A stretch of 64,000 bases of DNA, taken from contig NC_043007.1 of NCBI RefSeq assembly GCF_006345805.1, positions 46,252,001 through 46,316,000 on the forward strand, written 5' to 3'. The notes beneath the pieces were generated by a model that worked only from the letters and a program-made list of their open reading frames with translations, ran no database searches and was not told the DNA's origin. Below, one piece after another: positions 37,880 to 51,693 of this stretch. The stretch comes from Octopus sinensis. Lineage: Eukaryota. The translations under genes were made by a program, and so were the position numbers. Position 1 is the stretch's first letter, and each line of letters begins with the position of its first letter.

Positions 37880-38340
37880 AAAACAACACGTTGTCCAAAT
37901 CCTCGATCAAAGATGAAAGTATATTTCCATGCTTCTACGTGGTGTATAAAATCACATGTAGCAAATGTATGGTATTCTATGTCGAAAGTAGCATCACATA
38001 CATTTAAAACACTCATATGCTAATCTGTCTTCCGTTAGAAAATGGTAACAATATTTCCAAACCTAAGACATCCAAGTTTCCATTAACGCTAAAAGAAAAA
38101 AAAACACAGAGAACATGAGAATAAAAATGCTTTTTAAATTAGCAAATACATAGCGCGCATAATAGATCAGACCTGTATACAGCCGATTGGGCCACTGTAG
38201 CATGGCGAAACAGCCTTTCATTCACACTCATATTACAGAGCAAAGACGTTAGGAACCTTCAACTTCGTAGATATCCCAAAGAAGTGGTCCTAGCCCCGAA
38301 ATATTGAATTACCAGGTAATATTATTAACCATCGACCCAC
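37880..38340 (+). mobile_element. Penelope-like element 3-prime relic (GIY-YIG fragment)
   Basis: 37939-37992 translates VVYKITCSKCMVFYVESS, matching the PLE GIY-YIG motif VVY.I.C..C...YIG. A gcca...tggc-GAAAC hairpin follows at 38191-38211. Confidence 0.55.
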
Positions 38341-38447
38341 ATTAAATTCTTTTATAACTTGCATTCTTTTGCCTTTAAGAAATTAAAACACACACACACA
38401 CAACCACATATATATATATATATTATATATATATATATATATTATAT

Positions 38448-38489
<42 letters not shown>

Positions 38490-38612
38490 CATATATGCAA
38501 TCTTGAATATCCGTGGCAGAACGAATCTGTAATAAACATATATCATACCCATATATATGTGCGGGTGCGTGAGAATATGCGTGTATGCATATAGATACAT
38601 ATGTATATATAT

Positions 38613-38663
<51 letters not shown>

Positions 38664-38664
38664 G

Positions 38665-38697
<33 letters not shown>

Positions 38698-39828
38698 TAT
38701 ATATATTCATATATATATTTATATTTATATTTATATTTATATATACATTCATAAATATGTATGTATTTATTCGCATACAGGTGCTTTCGTAAATGTACGT
38801 ATGGCTTCCGAATATGTTTTGTGTTTGTGTAAATATATGCATCCTATTTGTACACGCTAGACAATGTCCGGTTTTCTCAGACAGCCAATATATCTTCTTT
38901 TTCAATCTACGAATATAAAACATTCCGATGAATATGCTTAGATGCTTTTTTTGTCTATGGATAAGCAAAAGTTACGTAAATGGAATTACATACGACTAAC
39001 AAATTTGTTACAGCATATGCTAGGTGCCGAATAACTTTTAACGACTTCGTTAAATACATCTTAATTCGTGATTATTTGCAATATTTGCCTATGTTTTGAT
39101 ATCCGGAATAAAGAAAGAACATAACACTTGACATTATTTCTGTGTTATTTATCTAACAGCCTGTCTGCTACGAATGACTGGTGTCATGTTCTTGAATGCA
39201 TCAAGTAAATTATGGCAACACCATTGAGTCATGCAGCTACTATTAACTTTTAAACAGACAAACGAACCATGTTTTTTGAAATTACGCATCGCAGTATATA
39301 TTGCTGGTAGTCCCTCACTGAAACGCCCACCGTGATATAGTTTAGTCCGAAATAAACAATGTAGAAGAGCATGTGTGCATCGTACTTGTCGACTGCGTTT
39401 ATTTTATTACATTATTTGTATTTGAAATAAATGCCACATCTAAATTCGAGGTATAATATTATAATGTTTTCAATGGATAAAGAAGGATACCTAATATCGA
39501 AGAACATGTAAAATCTTTATAGGTGTGCCGAGTGAAATGGGGAGGTTATCCTCAGATTTGGTACGGATGATTTAAAAAAATTAACCAGCTAATGTAATCA
39601 AATGATATTGTCTTAACCTGTGCGATAGCTGAACATTTTGAATGCAACACTATGAATGATATCGACGAAATTTCACACTGTATCCCTCCACCAAGTTTAA
39701 TAAACAGGGTTTTGCTTGATCTGCAGCTATAGAACAATACACTCTCCACGTTCCTGCAAAATAGCATCAAATATGAAATACCGTGTCTGTTCCCTTGAAT
39801 GGGGTTTATTAATATTACAATTTTAACC

Positions 39829-40040
39829 TAGTTACTCGCCGCTAATTATTGTAATAACGCTACCAATTTTGACGATACTTATTTCAACTATAACCATGTA
39901 GTAAGAATAAACATATAATGAATCAGGGTAACAATAACGTGATAATCCAACAAGCTATCGACGAACTATAGATGAACCAACAAACGATATTCCGACAACT
40001 ATCGAAACGAAGCCTTGAGAGTTCTTCTGATCACTGCTTA

Positions 40041-40071
<31 letters not shown>

Positions 40072-40665
40072 ACAGTGCTATTTTTATAGTCGTTCGGTCA
40101 AGTTTATTCTCGCGGAGATTTCGAATTTCGTAGTAAACGAAATGTATTTTATTATAATTTTTTTCCTTCTTTCCAACAACTCATTTTTTAAAATTTCACT
40201 TCCCAATGAAGTTCAGTACCTTTCCTTGAAGCTGAAGTAGTTGTTTCTGCAGCTCCTGTTACTGTTCTTGATGCTGTTTTTGTAACTGTATTCTAGAAGC
40301 TAATAATTCTTCCATCATTAACAATTTAGCATCACAAAAATTTGTCAACTGACCTGCGTGAGCTTCGACACCTCATCGTCAATTATTGTAATGTAGTTAC
40401 TCGTTGCCAATTATTGTAGGATCGCCACTATTTATGACCATAATTGTTTACACTATAACCGTGTAGTAACAAAAAACATATAACGAAGCAGGGTAACAAC
40501 AGCTTGACAATCCAATAAGCTTTCCACGCAACTATACGCAAACAACAGACGATATTCCCACAACTACCAAAACGGCACCTTACGACTTTCTGCGACTAAC
40601 GCCTACTTTCTGTCCATCGCTCAGACCACTGCTTTTTATAGTCGTTCGGTCAAGTCTCTTCTCGC
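39829..40665. repeat. Two diverged direct copies of an about 280-bp repeat (39829-40113 and 40394-40665)
   Basis: Shared blocks in the same order: tagttactcg, actataacc.tgtagtaa, aacatataa.gaa.cagggtaacaa, acgatattcc.acaacta, ttttatagtcgttcggtcaagt. Confidence 0.85.
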
Positions 40666-41859
40666 AGGGCGTGTCATGACTCTCGCTACAACATTAACAT
40701 AACTAGTTTAATAAAGTATGGAAGCAAAGAGAAAAAATCACTTTAGTTGAATACAAAATTTCCATACTTTTGTATATTTCTACATTTCATAAGCTAGTAT
40801 AAAGTGAAATGAATTAACTCATTCATAAAACAACTGTATTGAACTTTATACATTTCAGTGAAACAATTACTGGTGAAGAAATGAAACAACGAGATTTAGA
40901 GTCCTTCATTGATTCGATTGATTATATTCTAAAAGTTTGACCTTTTAGTGTGTTGGGTGACGCAGTATCAGCTGCATCAGATGCCAAATGGAGAGTTTGC
41001 TGTTAAGCAATATCTTTGAGTGCATTTGGTATGAACATATATCATAGCTGAATGTTCGGCAAAAATAAAAGATCAAAGAACAGAGATTAATATATAGACA
41101 TCTAGGGAAAATGCAACATATGGAATTCTGATGGAATTTTAGATTTCAAGGAATGGTAAGATATAGAGAGAAAAATTGATAAAAGAAACAGTTTAGAAAG
41201 AGTGTGAGAGCGAGAGAGCGATAGACAGAGAGACACAGATATATACAAACAGGGAGGAGGAGAGAGAGACAGACAGAGAGGAAGAGAGAAAACAAAAAGA
41301 GGGAGAGAGAGGGAGAGAAGGGGGAGAGTACACAAGATGTCAGGAGGCAATAAAGTTTTCGAAGAAATTATTTATTGACTGAATATATGTTAAGAAAAGT
41401 CAGATGCCTTCTGTTCGTTTTAGTTTTGTGTACGAATTCCCTTTCATGCAGAAGCATCAGCTGTCAAATGATCTAATTCGATTTAACAATTTCCATTTTA
41501 TGAAAATACGAACATGAATATGTAAACAATGCACTTATTTTAAACGGTCACCGTTGCATTTTTAACCATGTTATGAACAAATACGATATTGGAAATAGCA
41601 AAGATTGCCGAATAGTATTGTAGTATCAGGTTTGATATGCATTAATTTTGGTTTCAATTCATACCACACCTCATTTCGTGTGGATTACAAAGTGATTACT
41701 GGTAACTTACTTCCCTGTCTAGATAGATCTCCGGATCAGATGTTAATGAGTCTTCAGTACTGTATTTATTTGAATGAATTCAAAACACATCTCAATGTTG
41801 TGCTCTACTCGTCCTTGTTACCAATCACGCAAGTCCAGCATTGTATTGATTTCAAACTT

Positions 41860-42037
41860 TGGTTAAAGACCAGTAATTTAGGTATAGGGAGTGAGCCGAT
41901 TACATCTCATTTTATCCACCCCAAAAGAATTAAAGTTAAAGTTGACCTTGACGGTATTTAATCTCAAAACTTAAAGACTGACGAACTACCGCTAAGAGTT
42001 TCGCTCGGGCTGCTGACGATTCTGCCAGTTGCTGCCT
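41860..42037 (-). mobile_element. SINE family 2, old copy
   Basis: gattacatc...ccccaaaagaattaaagttaaagttgaccttg...gacgattctgccagttgctgcct. Confidence 0.7.
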
Positions 42038-43284
42038 CGAAGTTCAGTATGACCATTACTTGATAAATAGATAGATTGGATCCCCGCAGTTCATTGACTT
42101 GCAATCTAAGTCTATCAATATATCTAAAATCAATATCGTGGTTTAAATTGAGTTTGTTAACGACAAATAAGGCTATATTTATTTATGCCAGAATCCTTTC
42201 AATTTCAAGAATTTGTTAAGGCATACATATAACCGGTTCATCCAAAATGAGGATAATTTAACGTTGAGTGAGAACATACTTTTCTCTTTGTATTCAGTTT
42301 CTCAGTCTGGAATACGTAGTATACTTGATGCACGCACAATTATGCGTTATTGTGTCGGCTGTTACAATATAAAGCATATAATTTGCTTTTGCTAGTAAAC
42401 ACTAAATGAGTCATTAAAGTATTTACACTGTTTGTTATGCTCCCTGTAACTCACAGGTATTTGATCTAGAGATTTGAATGTGGTTGAATGAAGTTTAAGG
42501 TATCAAAGATGATTAAATACAGAAATAACTTAGCGATGTCTCAACGAGTACCTTCATTGTATTGATTAATATTGTCGTATATACTGTATATAATATATAG
42601 TGTTGGATTTAATCAAACAGTTCAATTTCTGTTTGCTTACTAATTTATCTATGGGTATATTTATATAAATGCATAATTGGCAATTTTCTGAATCGAAAAA
42701 CTAAGTAAGCAGGCGAAAAAGATTTAAAAAAAACTACAGCAATTCTTCTGAATATTTCAGTGGAGATTTATCAATTTAATTAGAAATGTTTCGCAAAGGT
42801 TAAAAAAAATAAATAAAGAAGAATTACTAGCAAAATAAACTACAATGAAACAAAAATAATATTCAAAAAGGACTCTTTAAACTATAAAAGTGAAATATGA
42901 ATAACAAATACAGGGCTAAATTGAATTTTCAAGATTTAATAACGGGCACTAGATTTATGATAAATGCAATAATTGGACGAAAAAATTACACTTAGAACTA
43001 TTCACAATAGTGATGCAGATGATTAAATAACAGCAGCAGCAACAACAACAGCAACAACAACAACAATAATAATAATATGATGATGATGACGACTATGATG
43101 AAGATGCCGACAATAATAATTGTGCCACTATTAGCATCAGACGTCCATAGATGCAGTGTGTTTATTAAAACCGAGTTACAAACATATATATGGATGCGCG
43201 TATGTGTGTATAAAGAGAGATAGATAGAGATAAATAGAAAGATAGATAAGTATATGATGTGTGTATATATATATATATATATAT

Positions 43285-43529
43285 TACGGAAATTTACATG
43301 CATAGCAAGTGACCCGATCTGAGATCGTGTGCCGGAACAATTGCATCGTGGAAGGTGTTTATAAACCATTTAAGAATCACGTGCTGCACGAGGATTTGTC
43401 AGTGAACAGGTCGCGGTCTGAAAGCGACGAAAATATTTTGACGAATTAAATTTATATGTTGAAGTCAATATAACGGTTTTGTGTGTGTTTCTTAAATGGC
43501 TTATAAACACTTTCCACGCTGCAATTGTT
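43285..43529. mobile_element. Asymmetrically deleted palindromic MITE
   Basis: 41-bp inverted repeat 43336-43376 / 43489-43529 with 3 mismatches; internal mini-palindrome cgtgc-t-gcacg at 43380-43390. Confidence 0.75.
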
Positions 43530-44769
43530 TATATATATATATCGTCTGGTTTAATAAGAATGTCCTGAAATTTCTGAGCTTTTTAAAATAACTTCCAAAG
43601 TCGACTGAGAAAACGAAACCTTTTATTACTCCATACCGGAATCCACCAATTTTAAATCTATATTTTCATATGGCTGTCACTGTACTATTTAGAAATTTGA
43701 GAACTGTATACTCTCAACATTCCGTCTAATACAATGTTGCTCATATTTCATCTTTGTTTTTCTTATCTGGATTTTGAATATTGTTTTGTTAAGTATCTTA
43801 TATATTTCGCATATGATGCGACCATAAAAAGGATTTCCTTCTTTAACTTTATAACTTCAAGGTAAATTTTAAAACTGATACTATTAGTTTAAGGCCTTTA
43901 AAAATGACCAATGATTACTAACCGGCGGTAGGATCGTAGATGTAGGGTTATTGCAAAAATCCTTTTGTTTGGGATCTTGAAGTTTTGGTTACATTCAGCA
44001 GGCGATTCTTGGCGATCTAGTCAGATTCAACTTGATAACATTATTATAGCTACGGCTGTTAGACATAGCTTTTTTGTTCATGGTTTGATTGTCTTCCTTT
44101 CCACTTGATTTTAACTACCCATTTCAATCATTGATATAATTTTACTTCTGGAAGTAGTTTCTTTAACTTAGGAGTGGGATGAGCACGGAACTATATCAAT
44201 GTTAGGTATCGGTTATTACTTTCAAGAATTTATACATGAATGTCTTTGTGGATAGTGTGCTGCTGTAAAATTCGCGTGTAGCAAAGAAGAAAAAAAACTA
44301 TTCCCGTGACATTTGTGAGATTTTTATATTATCTGCAGAACTTATGTAATTTCTGTACAATTCATCCATTGTATTAAATGTATAACTACTACCTTTTTAA
44401 GGTTGGGCCAAATTAAACGCTCAATACATTGCCATTTTCTAAAGAAGGGTTAGATTTCAACGTGTGCATGGTTAATAGTTTTAGACAAAGCAGTACGTAT
44501 CCTATTTGCAATAACACTACTCATATATTACTTCTATGAGGGAAAAAGAAATGACAAAGTGTTCCATCAATAACTTCATGTGGATCCTCACAATTATACA
44601 TCAGCATTTCTGTCACTTGTCTTCGAATATATTCATTTTGTATTCATCAATATAAATATATTTGAGTATAATGAAATAGCGATGTATTCTTCATATTCAT
44701 GATAAATAATTTTCTCTTCATTATTGTTAGTTAAGCAAACACAATTTTAAAAAGTAAACAGTAGATTTT

Positions 44770-45950
44770 ATTATTATCATTACTATTATTTGATGAAATT
44801 TCCCGTCTCCTTTTGTTGGGTATGATGGAAAGTTTCAGCTGTCTATTGCCAGCAGACAAAGATGACACGTGTTTACTAGCCATGCTTCAAGAACCCTGCG
44901 AAGAATTCTTACAGTTCCAAGAAAGGATTTTTTTTATAGGTGTTCTATCGTTACATTTGTACCAATCTTTTTGAGTTATGTCAGTAATTGAGAGCTGATA
45001 TTTCCAAGCGCGTCAATTAATATTGATATCGCGTCTACTCTTCTTATTGAACAAAATCTGCGTATGTCGCACTTCGATTCGTTGTAGTTGTCCAGTTTTT
45101 CTTCTTCCTCTTTGATCCTGTTGACAACGGGACATGCTATGTCGATTATCAAGCAAGTTGTTTCTTTATTCGCTACAACAATGTCCGGCATCCGATATCT
45201 AGTAATGTCTCGCAACCGACAAGATTTTACAATTTTAGTTCTTATTGGCTCCTTCTGAGGTTTGGACACAACACGTCTTTACACATTGTAGGCAGTGATA
45301 ACCACAGAGCTTCTAATGGATTATTCTTGCCACATTCTCATGTCTTCTTTTGTAATTGCTTTGTTCCAACTTCGGGCATTCGCTAACGATGTGCCTTACC
45401 GTTTCACTCCTCTCACCATACATTCTGCATTTGTCGCTCTCGGTTGTGTTGTCGATTTTGCACTTCACATAAAATCACCCTTAATACTTGATGTCGTGCT
45501 GCATATTTAAGTGCTTCTATCACTATCTTCAGGTCACTCCTCCTCATCCATAGCCACCGGGCTTCTGTATCGGTCTTGGTGTTGGTATCTCTTGCAAAAT
45601 GGCTGTACATTTTTCTCCTTTAATGTTACTTCTGTTTTTGTGTTCTTTGCCTCTTCAAGTATTTCTATTTTTACACACTTATCAATTTTGATGACGTCGG
45701 ACTTCTCCACATGTTTCAACAACGGTTCCACGGCATTTTTATATGTCATACTAAACTGTTTTCCTCTGCTTCGATACGACCCCTGAAACTGATCAAACCT
45801 CTCCAACCTTTTCTTCTGAACAAGTACAGCCTACCGATGTCCCTCTTAGGCTGGAAGGCTCCGTGTGCTGTCAATATGTTTCTTGTCTTTGTATCCTGTT
45901 CATCAGTTCTTTCTTTCTTTTGATTCGTTTGCCATTATACGATTCCAGCT
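44770..45950 (-). mobile_element. RLE-type LINE family E, 5-prime-truncated
   Basis: Minus translations KCRMYGERSETVRHIVSECPKL...KRRHENVA (CCHC with C to Y, plus RH motif) and PDIVVANKETTCLIIDIACP...KLDNY...IDALG (RLE). 3-prime end runs into an AAT-rich tail. Confidence 0.9.
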
Positions 45951-46299
45951 CGATACCCAAGTGATACTATCGCCGATAAATTAACTGTTTTTACGTAACA
46001 ATTTCAATCATTCATGAACAAAAGTCATGAAAGCAACTGCCTGATACGGCATTAGACCGAGTAATCATCTTAAATCTTCGTTTCAAAATTATATGCTCGG
46101 CACCAACTTCTGAAACTATTATTATTTTAGGATATCATTTCAGCTAATGATGTTGATATTACAGATATAATTTCAGCTACTGATGCTGATGTTACAGATC
46201 TCAAGCACTGTACTACGCATCCGCGAAAAGCCCAACGATTCTATGCGGAGAAAAATTGGCAAACGACAACATTCCCACAAAAATCCTACCTTGCAATAG

Positions 46300-48937
46300 C
46301 GTATTCAACACCAAATTCAGCTACTTAGATCTAATGTAGAATGCGTAAAAACATTAAGTTTGACAAGACAATCAATCCGAAAAAATGCGAAAATTAAACA
46401 AACACTATACAATATAAAAACCATATTTGACATCGATACCACCATAGAAACCATCAAGCAAAAGGTATGTGTTGTAGCTGCCCGCATAGCAAGGTATGAG
46501 AGACGCGTTAGATTCTTCACGACAGCAACAGTTTTACAGGAAGATAGGGAAAATAGCAATTCCTGTAAAGTCTGACACATCAAAAAGAGTGCAGGAATTT
46601 TGGAATAAAATTTGGGCAGAAGAAAAAACACACAATAAAAAGGCCCCTTGGATAGATAGAATACCTACTAACTTAGATTCTTTAAAAGAGCAAAAGTGGG
46701 TGTGTATCAAGGTAGAGGGTGTAAGATCTGCTCTCGGGAAGTCAAGCAAATGGAAGACTCCAGAAAAGGATAAAAGCCTAACTTCTGGCTGAATGCCTTC
46801 CAAGAGAGACATGAACTGCTAACAAAACTTTACAACAATGTTTTGCATCAACCCAGTGTGGTTACCTTTTGGCTAGTTAATGGTGTAATATTCCTACTTC
46901 CAAAAATGATGAAACAAATGAACCAAAAAAATTTTAGAGCCATAACCTATTTAACAACAACGTATAAAATACTATCAAACTGAATACATCTATAATTTTT
47001 AAGAGAAAGTGGCATATTCTCTAATGAGCAATATGATGTAAGCGTAGGTCCTGTGGATATAAAGATCAACTACTCATCAAGAAGATGATCTTGGAAAATT
47101 GTCACAAACGACACGAAAACTTGTCGATAACCTGGGTAGACTATAAAAAAAACGTTTTATAGTCGACCACGTAGGTGGATTAAGAAATGTCAGGAAATGT
47201 ATGAAATAGCACCTTCTCTGCGCAATTTCTTGTCTATAATTATGAGATCATAGAGAAGCACACTAACTTTGAACAGTGACAATGAATCTCTTAATGCCGG
47301 AGATTTTCTCTGTTACCACTCCTCTTTTGTCTGTCCTTAATACCTCTCACGAAATTGCTAGATGATGTACAATATGGCTATAAAATGTTTGATAAAATAT
47401 AAATCATCGTTTTTACATGAATGAGTTAAGCTACAGAGCTTACTAGTAATTGTTAAATAATTCATTAATAACCCCAGGATGCAATTTGGCCTCGATAAAT
47501 GTGCAAAAACCACCTTTATTAAAGGATAAGTCGGAGAAACATCTAATGTTAATCTTGAGCAGCAGAATGTCATAAATGAATTAGAACCAGTGGAGAGCTA
47601 CAAATACCTAGGGGTATTTGAAGAGGAAGGAATCAAACATTCGGTGATGAGGGAAAGGATCACAAGAGAATGTTGTCGCTGGGCAAGGGCAATACTCAAG
47701 ACAGAGCTGAATGCAAGAAACAGGATGGAAGCGATCAATACTTTAACCAAACTGGTGGTGGCTTACAGTTTCTATATCATTTACTGATCAATTGCTGAAA
47801 TATGTAATCGTGACAGAAAAATCCGAAAATTGGTGACAATGCATAGAATGCAGTACATTAAGGCTGATATAAAACGACTTTACCTGCCATGAAAAAAGGA
47901 TGACCGTGGTTTGTTTACAATTAGAACTAACAATGAAAATTGCCACAGTTGGTCTCAACACCTACATGAAAGACTATGATGACTGGATGTTAAACCTTTC
48001 TTTAAAGCATAAAAACAAGAAAGCATCATACTCAGTAAAAAACAGGAAAGGGAATATCTAAGTGACTTCCAAATACAACACATCTCAGAATTAGACGTAC
48101 TAGAAACAATCACAGAAAAAGTTAAGCGTAAGAAATCCGGTGGTAAATCTGCTGCCTTAAATATTCTTACAGATAAATGGCAAGAAGAACCTCTCAATGG
48201 AAAATACCCAAAGAGAGCTAATAATACCGATGTTAACAAAGCACTTACCCATCAATTGTTAATGTCTTCTGGCTTAAAGTCAGAAACAGAAGAGTTTTTC
48301 ATAACAGCCCATGATCAATGCCTGCCTACAAGGAACTACCAGGCCAATATATTAAGAAGAGCAGTAGCCTAACATGTCGTGTATGTAAACAACAATATGA
48401 AACCATGTTGTTTCCATGTACAGTCTTCTTACAACTACGGTGTGTCTCAATAGGCTTGATAGAGCAGTAGAGTATGTTCCCTGTGTAATTTGCAAAAGGC
48501 AGAACCTGCTGTGGGAACACAAAACACCTCCAGAGCTTGAAAACAATCATATCTCACTCCTCGTCACTCCTCTGGAACTTCACCGTTCAAACTAACAGAA
48601 AAATTGATGCGAATTGGTCAGACATTATATTGAAAGACATGAGACAAAAATCATGCCTCCTGATTCATATGACTGTCCCAATAGACATAAATGTATCTGT
48701 CAAGACCTACCAAAAACGGAGCAAGTTTATAGACCTTGAAATAGAAATTGACAAAATGTGGAACCACAAGACGTAAAACAATTCCAGTTCTCATAGATGC
48801 CCTGGGAATAACAGCAAATAGGGCTATTTCTTACTTAGCTCAGATACAGGAAACCTCAAAATTGTAAGAATTTAAAAGATAGTGCTCATGGGAACTGCCC
48901 ATACACTACGTAAAATACTGTCTATGTATTCTCAAAC
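46300..48937 (+). mobile_element. RLE-type LINE family B, long decayed copy (RT + CCHC + RLE)
   Basis: Frameshifted RT motifs in order: YKDQLLIKK (about 47060), TWVDYKKTF (about 47130), FYMNELS for YMDDL (about 47412), MQFGLDKCAK (about 47480), ESYKYLG (47590). Then TCRVCKQQYET and LLWNFTVQTNRKIDANWSDII...LIHMTVP, ending GTAHTLRKILS. Confidence 0.93.
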
Positions 48938-49260
48938 TATATGTGCACGACATGGTGATCTCATATCAAGATAAAGGCGCATGAACTTGCAGGTAGGGCC
49001 CAGTTAGAATTCTCTTCTGGTTGAGCAGCCCATCCTGCTCAAAAGTTCCCGAATAAGGATTAAGGATGCTGAACGAACCACCAATGATTCCAAAGGTGAA
49101 TAATCCAAACCTCTAAGAATTCCTTTCAACAAACTGCATGATGCTCCCCTACTACTTCTGCTCGTGGTCAGAGATGCACATATCGACAGCCACTAAGGGA
49201 CATGCTCAACTGGTTACGGTCAAATAACTGACAACAAAATCTGTGGTATTGAGCAGAATA
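48938..49260. mobile_element. Repeat family C, partial copy fused to the LINE end
   Basis: tatatgtgcacgacatggtgatctcatatcaagata...ctgtggtattgagcagaatatt is colinear with 23458-23783. Confidence 0.85.
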
Positions 49261-49284
49261 TTACTATTATTATTATTATTATTA

Positions 49285-49330
<46 letters not shown>

Positions 49331-49456
49331 GTTGTTGTTGTTGTTGTTGTTATTATTATTACTATTATTGTTATTATTATTGTTATTATTATTATTAATA
49401 TTATTATTACTATTATTATTATTATTATTATTGTTATTGTTGTTGTTGTTGTTGTT

Positions 49457-49511
<55 letters not shown>

Positions 49512-49512
49512 T
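49258..49512. repeat. (TTA/TTG)n switching to (AAT)n microsatellite
   Basis: Seen directly; orientation switches near 49460. Confidence 0.95.
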
Positions 49513-50479
49513 CATAATTATTTATTTCATTCGTATTGTTTGGGAAATGGAATGCAACATGTAGCTGAAAATAACATGTGGTAAATATATTTCCTCTTGT
49601 TGATTGCACGCATATGTGTTTTATGCTTATTTTTCACTCTTATCCAAAAAACTTATGAACAGGCAAAATCTAAAACACCAATCCTATTTTCCTTTCTTGA
49701 ACATCAACAATTACGTGAAAAACAAAATTCATATTTTTTTATGTTTCGATGTGTTTGTGCGTGTGTATGTGTTCATGTATATATGAATGTAAGAGTATAA
49801 CTGATTTTACCATACGTTGCGTTTATATTTTTGTGTAACTTTAAATAAATAAGTAAATACTAACATAAATATATGCATATTTCTTCGTGATTCATAATTC
49901 TTATATAAGCATTTTAGCGATATTGTGTTTTCAAAGGCATAACGCGCATGTAGGGAGCGGCTTTTTGATAATGGTAAAATAATTCCATACTACGTGAAGA
50001 GAAAACGAGCAAAAACTAATGAAGAATGAAAGAACATACATACATTGTGGTATTATAGCCAAATTGAAATCAAAGTAAATACAATATCGCTAGGAACAAA
50101 TGGAAAAGAACGATTTGAAAACAAACGTTACAATAGGTTTCCGCACTACAAAATTTGGACTCCTTAAATCATATAATGTGCGCACGCGCACACACACATG
50201 TATGTATGTGTGTATGTATTGATGTGTGTGTCTGTCCGCGTGTATGTATGTATCTGCTTATGTAAGCATTAGTACATATAATTGTATCATAAATATATTT
50301 TATAAAATACTTTTGTATTCCTTCATATTTCGAGTTGGACATAACTTATCTATCGGATTGCATATTAGCTGAGATGTATCATGGTAGAATCAGTTCTTTT
50401 TGCGGAAAAAACCTTCCGAACTTATTCAATAAGTCTTAGACTCCATCTCGACTGTAACATTATCCCCATATTGGTATCA

Positions 50480-50640
50480 AATTTTGGTACAGGCCAGCAA
50501 TTCCGTACAAGAGGTCAATCAATTACATTTTATCGATATCGACAGGATGAGCTGTAAAGTTGATTGCAGTGGAATTTGAGCTCAGCACTAGAGGACGGAA
50601 GATATACATCTAAGCCTTTTCGCTAGCATACTAACGATTA
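50480..50640 (-). mobile_element. SINE family 2, old deleted copy
   Basis: attttggtacaggccagcaatt...ggaatttgagctcag...gcatactaacgatt. Confidence 0.55.
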
Positions 50641-50669
50641 AGCCTTAGCTATTATACTAATATCATTCA

Positions 50670-50937
50670 TTTATTCGTTTACTAGGTTCGGTCATTTCAC
50701 TGCGGCCATGCTGGAGCACCAGCTTAAAGGGTTTTTTATCGAAATCTACCCCAGGACTTATTCTTTAGAAACCTAGTGCTTATTCTATGGGTCTCTTAAG
50801 CCAAACCGCTCGGTTACGGAGACATAAACACACCTGTATCGGTTGTCAATGCATGCATACATACATACATACATATATACATACATATATACAAACATAC
50901 ATACATACATACATACGTACATACATACATACATACA

Positions 50938-50971
<34 letters not shown>

Positions 50972-51137
50972 CGACGTGCTTCTTACAGTTTTCGTCTACA
51001 AAATTCTCTCACAATGCATTGGTGGGCCAGAGGCTATAGTAGAAAGGACTTGGCCAAGTTGCCACGCAGTGGGACTGAATCCGGGACCACGCTGTTGGGA
51101 AGCAAGCTTTTTACCACACAGCCATGCCTGTAGACCT
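50670..51137 (-). mobile_element. SINE family 1 with expanded internal (CATA)n
   Basis: Colinear with 24823-25229. The internal tract (about 50851-50970) is a long (CATA)n run. Confidence 0.88.
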
Positions 51138-51518
51138 GTTTTGAACATTGCTCAATATAACTTCGGGTTAGTGATATTTTCACATAGCTTTCAAACATGA
51201 TATCTAATTATTTATAGTTCGAGTAGATAAACGTTATTTTTCGGTTATGCGTATCCAGTGATACGGGTCTTTCTAATCAAATGAAATATACTAGCATTTC
51301 TTATGAAATTCTTCATGTTAGAACTGGCAAAAAGGCATTCCTTAATGATCAAAGCTATTATGGTAAACATGCACAGGCTTTAATCACCGAAAAATAATAA
51401 CAAAGAGCAGAGTTAGCTGTTCAGCCCGGCTACGTCAGTCGGTACAGCATGAGGTATTAAATCTTGGGATCATGGTTTCGTGTCTTCACGTTGAACGGGT
51501 GATTTAGCTTTTAAAAAG

Positions 51519-51670
51519 ATGGTGAACTGGTAGAATTGTTAGCACACCAGATAAAATGCATGGTGACATTTCTTCCGGCGCTTTACATTGTGGCCTTTCA
51601 TCCTTTCGGTTCGAAACTGGGGTTGGTATGATCTACTACTTCCTACCCTAAAATTGCTGACCCTGTGCCA
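51519..51670 (+). mobile_element. SINE family 2, deleted copy
   Basis: ggtgaactggtagaattgttagcacaccag...gcctttcatcctttcgg...cctaaaattgctgaccctgtgcca. Confidence 0.65.
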
Positions 51671-51693
51671 TGTCATCATTATAACTATTTTAA

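Noticed and set aside
44770-48937. Twin-priming inversion of a single LINE (head-to-head arrangement)
   Set aside because: Both halves carry their own CCHC/RLE and 3-prime ends with clearly different sequences (families E and B), so they are independent insertions.
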